A stretch of 64,000 nucleotides of DNA from Tubulanus polymorphus (GCF_964204645.1 NC_134029.1:13356850-13420849); one strand, 5' to 3'. Shown: positions 1 through 12,779, numbered from the stretch's first letter. A program made the numbers and translations. The notes: generated by a model from the sequence alone, not told the origin.

Positions 1-601
1 TTGAAGATCTTAATTTACCAAATCGATCTCCATACTCTTCCATTTCTGGTTCTGAATATTTTGTGATTGTTTTAAATAATTTAACAACATTATGGTTAAA
101 TGTTAAAAGATTTTCATTTCTTTCTTCTTGTGTAACATTTTCTATTTCATTACTATTACTTATTCTTTCAATTCTAGGTGGTTCTACCCTAAACAAAGTT
201 GATTCTGCTAATATTCTACTTCTAAAAGTGATCTTAATATAATAATCCGAATAATCTTTCAAACGATAATAAAATTCAGCATCTAAATGTTTTAAATATA
301 GCGCTAAAAGGATGACACCTTCATTTGTTATATTGAATCCAGATTTTTCAAATACAGGTTGTAATTTTTCAATTAATTCATTATATTCTAATTCTTTTTT
401 TGTTATTTCTGTAACTTCATTTTTAGTATTTATCTTTGAACGTGTTTTATCAATATATTCAGGTGTAGGTAAATTAGAATTACGCGCTGATGAATTATCA
501 TTATCAATATTAGTTTCGGCATCATTATAATCATCATCAATATATCCTTCATTATTATTTCCCGTGCCTTCCATTTCGAAATCTCCTCCAACTTCTGCCA
601 T
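1..601 (-). CDS. N-terminal part of the long variable acidic/coiled-coil Polinton protein (runs off window)
   Basis: ATG at 601 in TAAATG; translates MAEVGGDFEMEG...YYRLKDYSDYYIKITF...ILAESTL, homologous to copy B 37656-38099 (YYRLKGDYYIDITY...ILSESTL); same position as 46279 in C. Confidence 0.75.
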   Translation of the reverse strand, partial: MAEVGGDFEMEGTGNNNEGYIDDDYNDAETNIDNDNSSARNSNLPTPEYIDKTRSKINTKNEVTEITKKELEYNELIEKLQPVFEKSGFNITNEGVILLALYLKHLDAEFYYRLKDYSDYYIKITFRSRILAESTLFRVEPPRIERISNSNEIENVTQEERNENLLTFNHNVVKLFKTITKYSEPEMEEYGDRFGKLRSS

Positions 602-617
602 TTACATAATAAAAAAA

Positions 618-1944
618 TTAAAATTTAAAATATAATATTCCTCCTATTACAATGCCTATACAAGTTAAAGCTAATTTAGCATTTTCATGGGATTTATTAT
701 CATCATTTAGTTTAATTATTTCATGTTGAATATTATCAGTTTTTATATCTTCTGATGTATTGTAATCTTTTATTTTAGAATCATTATTTGATTTAATATT
801 CTTAGTTTTAGTTTCTGTTGATTGAATATGTTTTTTATTTTTTTTCACCTTCCATTAGTTTTGGAGCAGTAATTATCTTTTTATTTATATCATTTAATCC
901 AAATGAATTATTTATTGTTGCAGTTTTAATTAGATTATTATAACCAATTATATTTCCCATCTTTAATACTAAATCACTAGAAATAATTAATAGATTAGGG
1001 CCTATACAAAAATTTAATCTAATATGTGATTTATCTAAATAATTTTGATATCTTACAATGTTTTCTGGAATAGATCTATTTTTATCATTATGAATGGAAT
1101 CTTCGAATAATACTTTGAATTGTTTCTGCGCATCGAATGAAGTGTTATCATTTCAAATTATTGGTGATCTTGTTTCAACTTGCGCACCTAAAATACATAT
1201 CAAATAAGTTCTAATAGATTGATTTATTCTTTGTATTCCAGCTTTAGTAAAACCTTCACTATTTTCTAAACTGAAATTAACCCAACCATTATTGTTTTGT
1301 TGTTGTATATTATTATATTATTTTGGTAATTCATTCCAATTTTGTGTTCTTATATCTGAATTTGTCATTATTTTTCCAAATTCTTTAGTATATAATATTC
1401 CTAATCCGCCCATTGTTCCAATTTTTGCTCTAAAATCTTTATTTGAATTAATATTAAATTCATTACATATTTTATAAAACTTAGAAAAATTAATATTATT
1501 ATTTAATTCTTTAAAATATTTTGAACCTGGTAAAGGACATTCTAATTCATCTAACATTAATTTTGTTTGAAAATATGTATGAAATCTAAAAAGTGATAAC
1601 ATCAATGGTAAACTTGGTTTGTTTAAATGATCATTCCAACTAATTCCGCATCCTGTTGTTGCGCAATAAACAGCAAAATTTAATTGGTTCTGCCAATACT
1701 TCATATTAGATTTTTAAAACCATTGTTTTGCCTCATTTAAATTTCTAAAATTAATTTCATAAACATTGAATATATTTTCCATCTTTACATGAAAATTATT
1801 ACTTTCAGGAACACAAATATATAAATCAATTAATGAATTTAAAACTTCATTTCTATATGTAATATCTTTATTAAAATCTATTGCTGGAATATTATATTTA
1901 ATTGATTTATTATATTGGAAAGCTTTTGGAAAAGTATCTACCAT
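618..1944 (-). pseudogene. Conserved Polinton protein of unknown function (462-aa family), disrupted
   Basis: Fragments 1714-1944, 1318-1704 and 618-848 align with intact 46296-47684 (MKYWQNQLNFAVYCATTGCGISW; C-terminal hydrophobic tail). Confidence 0.88.
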
Positions 1945-1960
1945 TTATATAATCAAAAAA

Positions 1961-2386
1961 TTAATAATTTATTAATTCTTTTAATAATTTATCTTGTTCT
2001 TCAACTGTTATATGACCATTTAAACTTATTATATAATCTAGTGTATTCTTTAATTTATTAATTTCTTTTATATTAGTTTTAATTTTTTCTTTATTACTTT
2101 TTATATTTAATTTTGAACTTATACCAGTTAAAACACTTGATGATAATCCTATCACACCAATTGATATAGCTAAAGGTGTTAATGGTGAAAATATTGCTAG
2201 AAATGTTATTACAGAACTAATTGTAACCGAACCACTTATAATCAAATAATATATAATTTTACTTTTTAAATATTTTTTCTTTTTAACTTTTAAATCACTT
2301 TCAAATTCTAATATTTGTTTTTCTAAATATATTATTAATTTAGTTTTATTTATATCATGAGGAATAATATCAATATTATCATCCAT
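1961..2386 (-). CDS. 141-aa predicted membrane protein (hydrophobic hairpin between basic helices)
   Basis: Near-identical to 35656-36078 and 47701-48135; hydrophobic IIYYLIISGSV...IGVIGLSSSVLTG. Confidence 0.85.
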   Translation of the reverse strand: MDDNIDIIPHDINKTKLIIYLEKQILEFESDLKVKKKKYLKSKIIYYLIISGSVTISSVITFLAIFSPLTPLAISIGVIGLSSSVLTGISSKLNIKSNKEKIKTNIKEINKLKNTLDYIISLNGHITVEEQDKLLKELINY

Positions 2387-2447
2387 TTATTTAACAAAAA
2401 AAATTACTAATTGGTAAATCTATACGCTACAAATATAACAATAACAG

Positions 2448-3729
2448 TGTAGCCGGTACGCGTCCGCGATTTAGTGTCATCCTCTGGTAGCGACCGATAG
2501 GTGTCGTGATCATCAGGTCTCCTCAATAAGCGTGGCTACAGGGTCCGCCTTGGTCCTGTAGTCCCGGGGAGTGGAACTACAAAGGGGAAATCCTCAGAAA
2601 GTTTCCGCCGAAGGGATGGACAGCTTCAGAGACAAAAAGTTTATAGTTCGTAAAAAAAAGGAATAGGAGAGAAGGAAGCGAGTGTCAGGGGTAAGTCTTA
2701 GCTATTGACCCAATTACACGGACCAGACAGGACAGGTGTCCGCCATGAGGTCTATCGAGTCAGGGCCCTTGACTCGATGTCGGAACCTCACAGTCACCCG
2801 AGCTCCGGCGCATCTTTTCCTCAGGTCCTCACGGTGTAACATCATATCGAGTGCCTCCATGCACGATCTCCTCGTCCTGGCGTAGTATCTTGCCCCCATC
2901 TATGTGTCTAAAGACACCCCGACACTCGCCACTTCATTAAGAATAAGGTTTATAGACCTGGCCTCAAGAAAGTGGATCCTACTTCGTCCAGACGCCACCC
3001 CCCACGACAGTGATAAGTCTTGTATTGAATAATATAGAAAATTATTATTTCAGAAACGAATAACTACTGTATAATTTATATACATTTTTACATATTGCAC
3101 GTGAAGTTTTTATCACAGTAATTGAATTTGTACACCTCATTCAAATAAAAAAAAAGGTTAAATAAATGGTTTCAAAAAAATCATAATCTATCTTAGTTAT
3201 AAATTATTTATAATCTATAAAAGGGCTAGTGCAAGGATCTCTCCTTCCTTGCAAAAATCCACGATTAATGACTCAATGGTCGCTAAATTTAGGCCCACGA
3301 AGACCCAAAATAATGCTCATGGCTTAAAAGTAAAAAGGTATAAGGAAAAAGCCGCCAGGTTGACTATTCCCGATGGATTAAAAATAGGTACATATCGTCG
3401 AGTTGAATAACGTCAGAGCCCGGCCTGACCTGGGTTGCCCCAGGCCAGGAGAGCGTGTGTTATTGTTTACCTCAAATCAATGTAGGTCGAGACGAGAGTG
3501 ACGTTTGCGCGCGCTGACCCATTTTTATAGATTCCGCGCAGTGTGACGTCACCGTGCATGGAGGATGACGTCACACAGCACAAAAAACATGGCCGCCGCG
3601 CAAAAGCTCCGAGTTTAAAAGTTTAGACGACTATACATTAAAAAAATGAGGAGGGCTCCGTAGCGGAAAAACAGAAACTATACATTAACGACAACATTTT
3701 TAAACTATTTAACAGGAATTTCCGCTACA
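2448..3729. mobile_element. Solo LTR, probably Gypsy-type
   Basis: Ends TGTAGC...GCTACA, 4-bp target duplication ACAG (2444-2447, 3730-3733); the empty site is visible in copy C near 48190; higher GC than flanks, no credible ORF. Confidence 0.8.
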
Positions 3730-4131
3730 ACAGTTCCACCTAAAATCCATATTATTTCATATTTCTGTTGTTCTTTACTGGGGGTATAATAATCTGATAA
3801 TTTAGGTTTGTAAATAAGGTGAGAGCGAAAAGTGATCAACCTAAAGTTTTGATTATTAAAAGCTGAAATTAATTATATTACTATATGCAGAGAAAATGAG
3901 GTGCGCAGAATGTGAAATGAAAGGGGCGAGCTAATTATCGCCCAAAAACATTACAATTAAAAAAATGAGGAGGGCTCCGTAGCGGAAAAACAGAAACTAT
4001 ACATTAACGACAACATTTTTAAACTATTTAACAGGAATTTCCGCTACAACAGTTCCACCTAAAATCCATATTATTTCATATTTCTGTTGTTCTTTACTGG
4101 GGGTATAATAATCTGATAATTTAGGTTTGTA
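3637..4131 (+). repeat. 176-bp direct duplication (3637-3812 / 3956-4131) spanning the LTR-Polinton junction, 143-bp spacer
   Basis: Both copies read attaaaaaaatgaggagggctcc...ccgctaca-acag-ttccacc...taggtttgta. Confidence 0.92.
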
Positions 4132-4458
4132 TAGATGTAATTTTTCTTTATTGGTTACCGCGTTATATAAACTCATTGCAGCATCAACTGATTGAAAATC
4201 TCTGTGTGAAATCTTCTGATCATATAATTCCTTGTTAATATAATCCATATAGTTTTGTCTCTTTTCTCTATATACTTCTGCAGCTTTATTATATTTCTCT
4301 AATGCTAAGTTATGTCTTTTTTGTTCTGTTAATGAACCATTTTTATCAATATGTTTAAATAAATATCCACCACCAGTAAATGCTAAAGCGTTAACAATTG
4401 CCGATCCTATAATAGTTATAACTGCAGAAGCCATTTATTTAGTAAAATAATTATGCAT

Positions 4459-4680
4459 TTATATAGGAGGAATATATTTTTGTTTTTCCAAATAATCAAT
4501 AGTTAAATTAGATAAAGTAACTGCTAATGTTAATTTTAAAATATCATTGATATCAAATCTATCAACATTAACACTTTCCATTTTAAAAACTTTTTTTAAT
4601 ACCATTGAATAACCAACAGTTCCAACTGATAGTAATGCTCCATTATATAATCCAGTTATTATCCACTTATTATCACTCAT
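4459..4680 (-). CDS. 73-aa small hydrophobic Polinton protein
   Basis: Near-identical to 34968-35189 and 48603-48824; TAAATG start. Confidence 0.85.
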   Translation of the reverse strand: MSDNKWIITGLYNGALLSVGTVGYSMVLKKVFKMESVNVDRFDINDILKLTLAVTLSNLTIDYLEKQKYIPPI

Positions 4681-5037
4681 TTATTTATCAAAAAAATTAC
4701 TATCTTCAAAATATTTAGTTAACTTAGTTATAATTATTTCAACATTTATTTCATTACTAGTTTCATTTGTGTATATTTCAATTATTATTTTTTTAATATC
4801 ATCGATGATAAAATCTTCATCCAATTCATAAAATCTTAAAGATTCTCTAATTAAATTAGTAATCTTTTCTACATTTAAAGTTGCTTTATCTATTGTTTTT
4901 TCATACTCAAATGTTGTTTCATTAGAAAATGCAATATTTTTGATATGTGTTATTACATCAGTAATGTTAAATTTAATTTCTTTCTCACGTTTAAAATCAA
5001 ACCCAAAACATATACTCGGTTCAACAGTTATATTCAT
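4681..5037 (-). CDS. 118-aa acidic Polinton protein, unknown function
   Basis: Intact here; homologues frameshifted at 34610-34967 and 48825-49166. Confidence 0.8.
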   Translation of the reverse strand: MNITVEPSICFGFDFKREKEIKFNITDVITHIKNIAFSNETTFEYEKTIDKATLNVEKITNLIRESLRFYELDEDFIIDDIKKIIIEIYTNETSNEINVEIIITKLTKYFEDSNFFDK

Positions 5038-5061
5038 TTATATAATGAAAAAATTACTCTC

Positions 5062-5795
5062 TTATCTTAAAACTAATTCATATATCACAGGAAAGTTATT
5101 CAAATCAATTAAATATCCATTATGATTTCTTATTTCTAATTTAAAATTATTAAATTTAGGAATGCAAGGTTTAAAATCACATTCTGTTACATTATAATTT
5201 ATTTGAGTTCCAAATTGTTCAACATTTTTTAGCGGTAAAATATTTAGTATACTAGAACTACAAATTGTTTCTTTAGTTGCTTCAAATGTTTTTGTAGGAT
5301 CGATTAAATTGCAATAAATATAAAACTGTGTAAAAGGTATTATATTTGAATTACCATCTACGTTTCCTGTAACAGTTTGTGGTTTAATTCCTAACAGTTT
5401 AGCTGATGGTTTTCTTACCATAAATGCATGTTTGCTTTCATCATCTAACTTTATTTTAATTTTATCAGAACTATCACTTTTTATAAATCTAATTGAAAAT
5501 TTACCTTCACTTCCAAGTTTTAATCGTGCTCTCCGATTAATTTCTTGGGCGTATGTTTCTAAATTATATAACCCCGGTTTTAAAAATGGATGAAACCATT
5601 TATTTATATTTCTAATATGAATTAAAAAGACTCTATGTTCAAGAGTTTTATCCGATATATTATAAAAAGTATTACATAAACTTATATTTACTAATTTTAA
5701 ATCTACACAATTCTTAAATTCTCTATGTAATTGAACTAATAAATTATGTGATTTATAATTTGTAAGTCTTCTATTAATTCTTTTAATTCTACCAT
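5062..5795 (-). pseudogene. Minor capsid (penton) protein, frameshifted near the 5' end
   Basis: Aligns with intact 49184-49945; short deletion near 5775; FYIYCNLID and GYLIDLNNFPVIYEL motifs. Confidence 0.82.
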
Positions 5796-5812
5796 TTATT
5801 TTACATATTTTC

Positions 5813-6166
5813 TTATTCGAAATCTATTTCATGGTGGCCTTTTACATTCTTACCTTTGTATATGAAATAGAAATCACCTGAACATAATTCTTCTAGATCT
5901 TCGCTTGATAATCTATGAAATCTATCCGGTAAATATGTTCTGAATTTATATGTATTTCCTTTTAATCCTTCATATTCTAAGTGTATAACTAATTTATCTC
6001 CAAATTGGTTAGTAACTGTATCAATATTTGTAATTAGATATTTCTTATGGATTATTAATTCTGTTAACTTCTTAAATTTATAATCTACTGATTTGACATT
6101 TGAAGTATCTTTTATTCTATCTAAAAATAATTTGTTGTTCTCACTGTTTGCTTGTTTACTCTCCAT
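5813..6166 (-). CDS. 117-aa protein, possible OB-fold/ssDNA-binding accessory protein
   Basis: Intact ORF after pPolB; homologue with a stop at 49963-50315; pattern F..L.EL....Y.I...T..FG..L...L...YLP.RF...YKG. Fold is inference only. Confidence 0.6.
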   Translation of the reverse strand: MESKQANSENNKLFLDRIKDTSNVKSVDYKFKKLTELIIHKKYLITNIDTVTNQFGDKLVIHLEYEGLKGNTYKFRTYLPDRFHRLSSEDLEELCSGDFYFIYKGKNVKGHHEIDFE

Positions 6167-6195
6167 TTATAATACATATTTTTATTAAAATTTGA

Positions 6196-8735
6196 TTAAC
6201 ACGTTAGAATCCTGTTCATAAACTCATTTTCTTTTGTTTCTTCTCTTTTAAATTTTAAGTATTCATCTAAATTGCAACCATAAGCAACTGTATGAATTCC
6301 ATCATCTAAAATATATCTTTTATCATCAAATGGGTTTAGACTTATGTTCTCTATCTCTTCAATAAACATTTCATGATCTTCTGATCTTAAACATCTCATT
6401 TTATGTTCTTCATTGAATATACAATTGATGTAATCTTTGAAATGAATATTCTTTTCTACTACACTTTTGGTTATTCCTTTTAACTTTTTAGCTACATGTT
6501 CTTTAGTTCTATATGAATACATTTTAGATCTAATTCCTATGAACTCTATCATTTCTTCACCACCTAATTCATCTTTGAATTTACCAGGAACTTTTTTATT
6601 ATCATTGCTAAACAATTCACGATTTTTAGGATAATTACTGAAATCAAAATGATGTTTTAATGTTTTTAAATCATCTGTTATGTTATTAGTTTTTATCTTT
6701 AATATGTAACTGTCAGTATCAAAATATAAGATTTCTATATGTTTTTCTCCAAAATGAGGTTGTAATACATTATAATAGAATTCATACATCAATAGCTTTG
6801 ATATTTCTAAAACTGAAGCACCAACATAAATTGGTTTATCAAATTTCATTGATGTTCTTCTCATTTTAACTGCAGCTCAATTTTCATCAAATATTCTGTT
6901 ACCTAAAAACTTAGGATATGTTTGTAAATGCCTAATTCTTTTACCATTACTGACTAACTCAATATCATTTCTATTTCTAAATTTTCACAAGTCTTACCAT
7001 AGAATGCATTATTCATTAGTTTGAAGAAATCTTTCTCGAAATCAGTTTTAGCTTCAGTTCTCTGTTTGGTGTTAAAATCTATATATTTTTCTAACCATTT
7101 AGATTGACTAAATGAAATATATCTATGTATTTTTTTAGGATCATTCCTTGTTTTAGATAAAACTTTAACATTCTATAATGTACTACATAATTATATTTAT
7201 CTTCTTGAGTTACCATTAACTTTTCTGTATGAATATGATTTTCGGGTTTAATTCTTTTTTGATAACTTGATAATTCTTCATGAGTTACAGTTTTATGTTC
7301 GGGACAGTATGCTAGATTTCTAGATTCAAATTTAATATGTTCAGGATATTCTAAATCTACAACAAAGAAGTAACCAGTATCTGAATCATCTGCAATATCT
7401 AGAATTCTTTTCTTCCAATCAAATTTATCATTATTTTCATGTTGTAAAACTTCACTTATTTCAAATACTCCATAAGGTTGTGGTTCCATCATTGCCCAAC
7501 CATACCAATTATTTGCATCTATATATAGTAACTTATATCCAGGATTATCATTTACATTGAAATATCTATCGCCTAATACACCTGAAACTCCTCCTCTTAT
7601 AGATTTTTCAAATAATAATAATTGATCTATATTTGTTAACAAATCCATTTTTATATCTGTAAATTTTAATCCACAATCCCATGTTAAATCTGGACTAGCA
7701 TAACAATGACAAGGATCAATGTTAAAATATTATAGGTTTACATCTCTAAACCTTTCGAATATATCAGTTAATAATAATACATCTGATTTTAAATATAAAT
7801 CTACTAATTGCCCATGATTTTTCATTCCAAAATTATTCCAAATATTCAATATTCTATTATATACTTCATCTTTAACATATTCATTTTTTAATTCATCATA
7901 GAATAGTTCTTTTAATAATTCAGTTATATTGAAATCATTATGTGATTTATAAAATGAATATTGAATTGCGCCTTTATCTCATTAATTGAAAATCATCATT
8001 ATTTTGGTAATGTTGCTTTAATATTTTTAATTCATCATCAACTAATGATTTGATAAATTATCTAATGAAGCGCTTAAAAATCTATATGAATCTATAAATC
8101 TTAAACAACCAAATTGGAAAGATAAATAATTCTCAGATGTTTTAGCTAACATTTTAGATTTATAAGTTGGCATTTTATCTTTTGGTCTCTTTGAATTTAA
8201 TCTTTCTATTTCATTATTGATTTCTTCTATTTCATGACATAGTTACTTGAAGAATAAATGAGCATCATACCCTGATAGATTATGAAATATTACAGAAACG
8301 AAATTGATTTTCTTAGCATGTAAGTTACAATTCTCATGCGCTGCCCCTCTAAACTTTCCATTCGAATGATCATGGTCTCTAACTTTTTTATCTCTAAAAT
8401 TAAATATCTGTTCTTTTAATAATTCAGTTATATTGAAATCATTATGTGATTTATAAAATGAATATGGAATTGCACCTTTATATCTCATTAATTGAAAATC
8501 ATCATTATTTGGATTATGTTGTTTTAATATTTTTTATTCATCATCAACTAATGATTTTGTTATCTAATGAACTGTTTAGAAATCTATATGAATCTATAAA
8601 TCTTAGGCACCCAAATTGGAATGATATATAATTCTCAGATGTTTTAGCTAACATTTTAAATTTATAAGTTGGTATTTTATCTTTTGATCTATTTGAATTT
8701 AATCTTTCTATTTCATTATTAATTTCTACTATTTT
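6196..8735 (-). pseudogene. Protein-primed family B DNA polymerase (pPolB), intein-free allele, 5'-truncated with internal duplication
   Basis: Motifs HNLSGYD, YIDANNxYG, KLMNNAFYGK, YFDTDS, RSKMY; several frameshifts and stops. Confidence 0.93.
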
Positions 8736-8737
8736 AT

Positions 8738-11300
8738 GGCGCTGAAATCGTGCTAGGAACCGACGATACACGTTTTGAAAATTTTCCTGGCCCGGTGTCT
8801 GCTGCCGGGTCCTAAACCGTGCTTTAGTCTTTACGGAATTTTTTCGGGTTACGCCTACAAGGTCGTTGTCTTCGGCTTCCTTCAACATTTCATTTTCAAC
8901 TGGCATCAGACCACAATTAATAGGTTAGTAGCTTGAAGATGCGTATGGCCGGACCATAGAAGCTAGAGTGAAGAAGAGGTCCCCCATAAATGTTGCTATA
9001 ATTTCGGCAAATGAGATAGAGGTCTGAGCTCAACTTTTGATCGATTGATGGAGGACCTCATTTCCTTGGTGACATGAGTCGGAATCTTCAGTTGAATCAG
9101 GAGGAACAATAATTGTTCAGGACACACTGTATAACATGATACTTACTAGCCAAAAATTAGTTCATCAAAACTGCATCAGTTGCAAAAACTACCATCATGC
9201 TTTCCCAAAATGGAATATAAATAAATAATATTTTATTTTCATTTGTCTGTGCATCATGATATAAATTGTTGTTATTGTTTTATGTACATGTATGTACCCG
9301 TATCAGCTAACAATGAAGTTTTCACTTCATTTGAATAAATTCTTAACTACAGTAATTCTAATTCTCAATTGTTTTTATTATTGTTTGGTTATTCCTTGCA
9401 ACTTCTCATTTCCACGTTTCATACAAGAAGTAGTTGAATGAAAGTACAGTTAGGCTGAACCTGACAACCCATAATAAGTGCTAGCATCGAGATTTGATTA
9501 TTTCGATTTTATTTTCGGTGTCATTGAAATTCGTAAATAAAGGTTCAATTGTCATTGTACTTAGCATAGCTTAGATTGGGTTTCATATTTCTACATTTTC
9601 TACAAGGAGGCCTTAAAGGGTCGTCCCCGGGTAGAGGTCAAAACTTGGTTTACATTCTCAAGTTGCTGGAGACTACCATCTGCATTCATACCTCGATTTG
9701 TCTGGCCTATTTGTTTGAGAGTCGAAGAACATTTTCCCATACACAGGCTTGGCTTTAGTGTAGATGAAGGCTAGGCACTGCACATTGTGGATTAACTGGA
9801 ACTCAAAACTCTCAAAATGAAACGAGTCAACAAGAAAGATCCAATAATTGAACGTTTATCTAACTATATTATTTAACAGCTTAATAGATATACATTATAC
9901 ATTATACACAACAGAAATCAGTTCTACATTTTATCCAAATCAAGCGTTAAAGCCACAGATTCGCTTAGCTTGGGCTTGAATTCTGGTTCCATTGCTTCGT
10001 ATTCTATTGAAATCCCCTTTGTTACCTCGGAATATCGCTTAGCTACAATTTTAGAAATTAGACTACAAATTTGGTCCCAGGAAAACCAAGTAAAGTGGGG
10101 TACTATTGTACATCAGCTGTTGACTTATTTTTCTCTGGTTGAATCAAGTTATTACTGAATGAAATATAATCACTGCTGCTACAAGAAGTCTTTTCTCGGT
10201 ATCTGTATGTCCATCTTAGCAAATCAACTTGGTCCATGATTCCTCCTTTTATAGAGATGAAGGCTAGGCACTGCACATTGTGGATTAACTAGAACTCAAA
10301 ACTCTCAAAATGAAACGAGTCAACAAGAAAGATCCAATAATTGAACGTTTATCTAACTATATTAATTAACAGCTTAAGAGATATACATTATACATTATAC
10401 ACAAAAGAAATCAGTTCTACATTTTATCCGGATCAAGCGTTAAAGCCACAGATTCGCTTAGCTTGGGCTTGAATTATGGTTCCATTGCTTCGTATTCTAT
10501 TGAAATCCCCTTTGTTACCTCGGAATATCGCTTAGCTACAATTTTAGAAATCAGACTACAAATTTGGTCCCAGGAAAACCAAGTAAAGTGGGGTACTATT
10601 GTACATCAGCTGTTGACTTATTTTTCACTGGTTGAATCAAGTTATTACTGAATGAAATATAATCACTGCTGCTACAAGAAGTCTTTTCTCGGTATCTGTA
10701 TGTCCATCTTAGCAAATCAACTTGGTCCATGATTCCTCCTTTTATAGATAGTCTAAAAATAAGAATTGTTACATTTTCCTAACAGATGCTATGTCATTTC
10801 TTTAAAAAACATGATGATTTTCTCACCACAGCAAATAAATTATTCGCAATTGTTAAATCCATTCCATGCGCACAATGAATTAAAAAAAAATTAAGTAAAA
10901 TCCCTTTTGTCCAAAAGCCGCATCATCATTATAACTAGCTATCAAATTTAACTTACCTCAAGTCTCCAACAGAGAATACCACAGTCGCCCATAGTCATGC
11001 GTGACGTGTTGACAAAAGAAAAGTGGTTCTCATAATCATATTTTATATACATAGAAATGTTCAAATAAGATTTTTTCGTCTTGTAGAAGTAAACCATATT
11101 CTTGGAATATTCAGCATAGTGTTTAAAGTTGGCTTGTGCGGTTGTGATAGGGTTTTGATACTCCATACATACTGTTTATGCATGTCTCTTTAACCAAAAA
11201 TTAGATAGAGACTAAAGCAAAGGTTCAGGACTCGGCAGCGGTCCCGGCCCGGAAAAAATTGAAAACGTGTATTGACGGTTCGTAGCACGATTTGAGCGTT
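8738..11300. repeat. Pair of ~93-bp diverged inverted repeats (8738-8830 and 11208-11300), likely DNA-transposon ends
   Basis: aaatcgtgctaggaaccgacgatacacgttt...gctttagtct is the reverse complement, with mismatches, of agactaaagc...aaacgtgtattgacggttcgtagcacgattt; TTTCAGCG subrepeats follow at 11320-11403. Confidence 0.7.
9762..10747 (+). repeat. 493-bp tandem duplication
   Basis: 9762-10254 repeats at 10255-10747 with few substitutions; ORFs at 9970 and 10463 are offset by 493. Confidence 0.93.
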
Positions 11301-11397
11301 TTTCGCGAATTCCCTGAAATTTCAGCGTTTTTCGGAAATTCCCTGAAATTTCAGCGTTTTCTTTTCGGCATTTCAGCGTTTCAGTGTTTCAGCTTTT

Positions 11398-11630
11398 TCA
11401 GCGAAGTTCAGGAACCGCTTTACTAGGCAATTTTCTGTAGAGCCGATCCCCAGTGTCAATCACTAAGTTTATATCATTGGTATCCCACAATGATGGCGGT
11501 TTGTGTATAGCATACATAATAGCAACTGCACAATTGGTAACGCACTGTTTCCCAACATCATCATGCCTGTATCTATTCACATCACTTTGACAAAATGAAC
11601 CCGGTACACATTTCAAAACAGGACCAGGAT
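11398..11630 (-). pseudogene. Fragment of a herpes-tegument-type (peptidase C76) deubiquitinase domain, probably from a decayed Helitron/Helentron
   Basis: GSFCQSD...GKQCVTN...W...DINLVIDTGDRLY fits the GSFHQGD...G.QC..N...W...DLD.IL..GD.LY pattern; truncated. Confidence 0.62.
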
Positions 11631-12652
11631 TTGTTTCTATATCACCTGAAAGGAGTTAACATATCATAAGATAATACGGTAAAACTGTATATCCACTGAA
11701 TCCTTGTTGTATGAGCAATATGAACAACATTTTAACGATATAAATGTGTGTGTATAGTTTATTCAAGGAATCTAATTCATAACTGTCATTATTCATCACA
11801 GTTAGCATTTCATTGAATTGTACATACTTCTTTAATTTACGAATACGTTTTCTTCTACGCATGTCAATCATTCCAGGGACAAACCAGTTATTGCCATTTA
11901 AATCATAATTCAAGATAAGTTTTCCTGAGGTTATCATGCAAGATATACAACTGAAAAATGAATCAGTGGCATCAGGACAAGACATTCTAGTATTGGAAAT
12001 ATTGTAGGCACCTATATCATCAAACTGGATACAGCTTTCACAAAATTTATTATGACAGATTTGTTGCAAAATATTTTCAAAATTGGAGAGATACAGCTGC
12101 AGGAGCCATAATGAGGCATAGTAATAGCAATCTGAGTTTATTCGACGTTGACTCTTGATAGGACAATCTTTCTTTATATAGGTTTCTCTGGAAGACTTCA
12201 TACTCTGATCACTGAGATGTTTGTGAATTATATCATCAGACAACAAATACTTACATCCACAACTATTAACATTTGGGCCAATTTTTTTTTTCAGATTCAG
12301 AATGATTAATAGTTGTACCAGAGAGGAGACATTGACTTTTAGTTGATGCTTTGCCATAGTATAGACCAATTAAACAACGATAATTTTCTAATGAATCCAT
12401 TATGGAAGTTTAAAAAGTATTTTCTGAAAAAAGTGTCGTGTTTCTATCAAATTGTTGTGATTGTAATCAATGGTACAGATTATTCTTAGATTGCTTATAG
12501 GCCTACTTAAATCTGTCTGGTATAAATTGTATGAATAGGTGGTGCGTTATAGGTTTTGTGAATCAATGTCCAATTAGAGGTTTTCTGAATCAGTGTCCTT
12601 TTAAAGAAGGTTGTCAAAATCTGCTTTATTTGTAGGTTACCAGAAATTGCAC

Positions 12653-12779
12653 CGTTTTATAGGTTGTCTATTTTCTGTCGTTTTATAGGTTGTCTATTTT
12701 CTGTCGTTTTATAGGTTGTCTATTTTCTGTCGTTTTATAGGTTGTCTATTTTCTGTCGTTTTATAGGTTGTCTATTTTT
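12653..12779 (+). repeat. 26-bp minisatellite, ~5 copies
   Basis: cgttttataggttgtctattttctgt at 12653, 12679, 12705, 12731, 12757 (last partial). Confidence 0.95.

Larger units (their letters stand above)
2407..4434 (-). pseudogene. 140-aa Polinton protein split by an LTR insertion
   Basis: 4052-4434 matches 35214-35636/48154-48576; the missing C-terminus VIVIFVAYRFTN* is at 2407-2447 on the far side of the insertion. Confidence 0.9.
1..8735 (-). mobile_element. Polinton/Maverick-like endogenous virus, copy A (pPolB 5'-truncated; continues off the window start)
   Basis: Same gene order as copy C (pPolB, 117-aa ORF, penton, four small ORFs, 462-aa family gene, long variable gene); very AT-rich; TAAATG at each start; abrupt switch to unrelated sequence near 8736. 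Confidence 0.92.

Noticed and set aside
2505-2520. CTGATGA on the minus strand of the LTR, suggesting a retrozyme hammerhead
   Set aside because: No stem II plus GAAA follows at the needed spacing.
8544-8906. Novel fusion ORF
   Set aside because: Read-through from an unrelated repeat into the truncated pPolB. The MWKREKK start of 52072-53928 and the AEIPVK end of 4024-4434 are likewise insertion-derived.
9970-10651. Duplicated 62-aa genes
   Set aside because: TTG-started ORFs inside a 493-bp tandem duplication with no coding signal.
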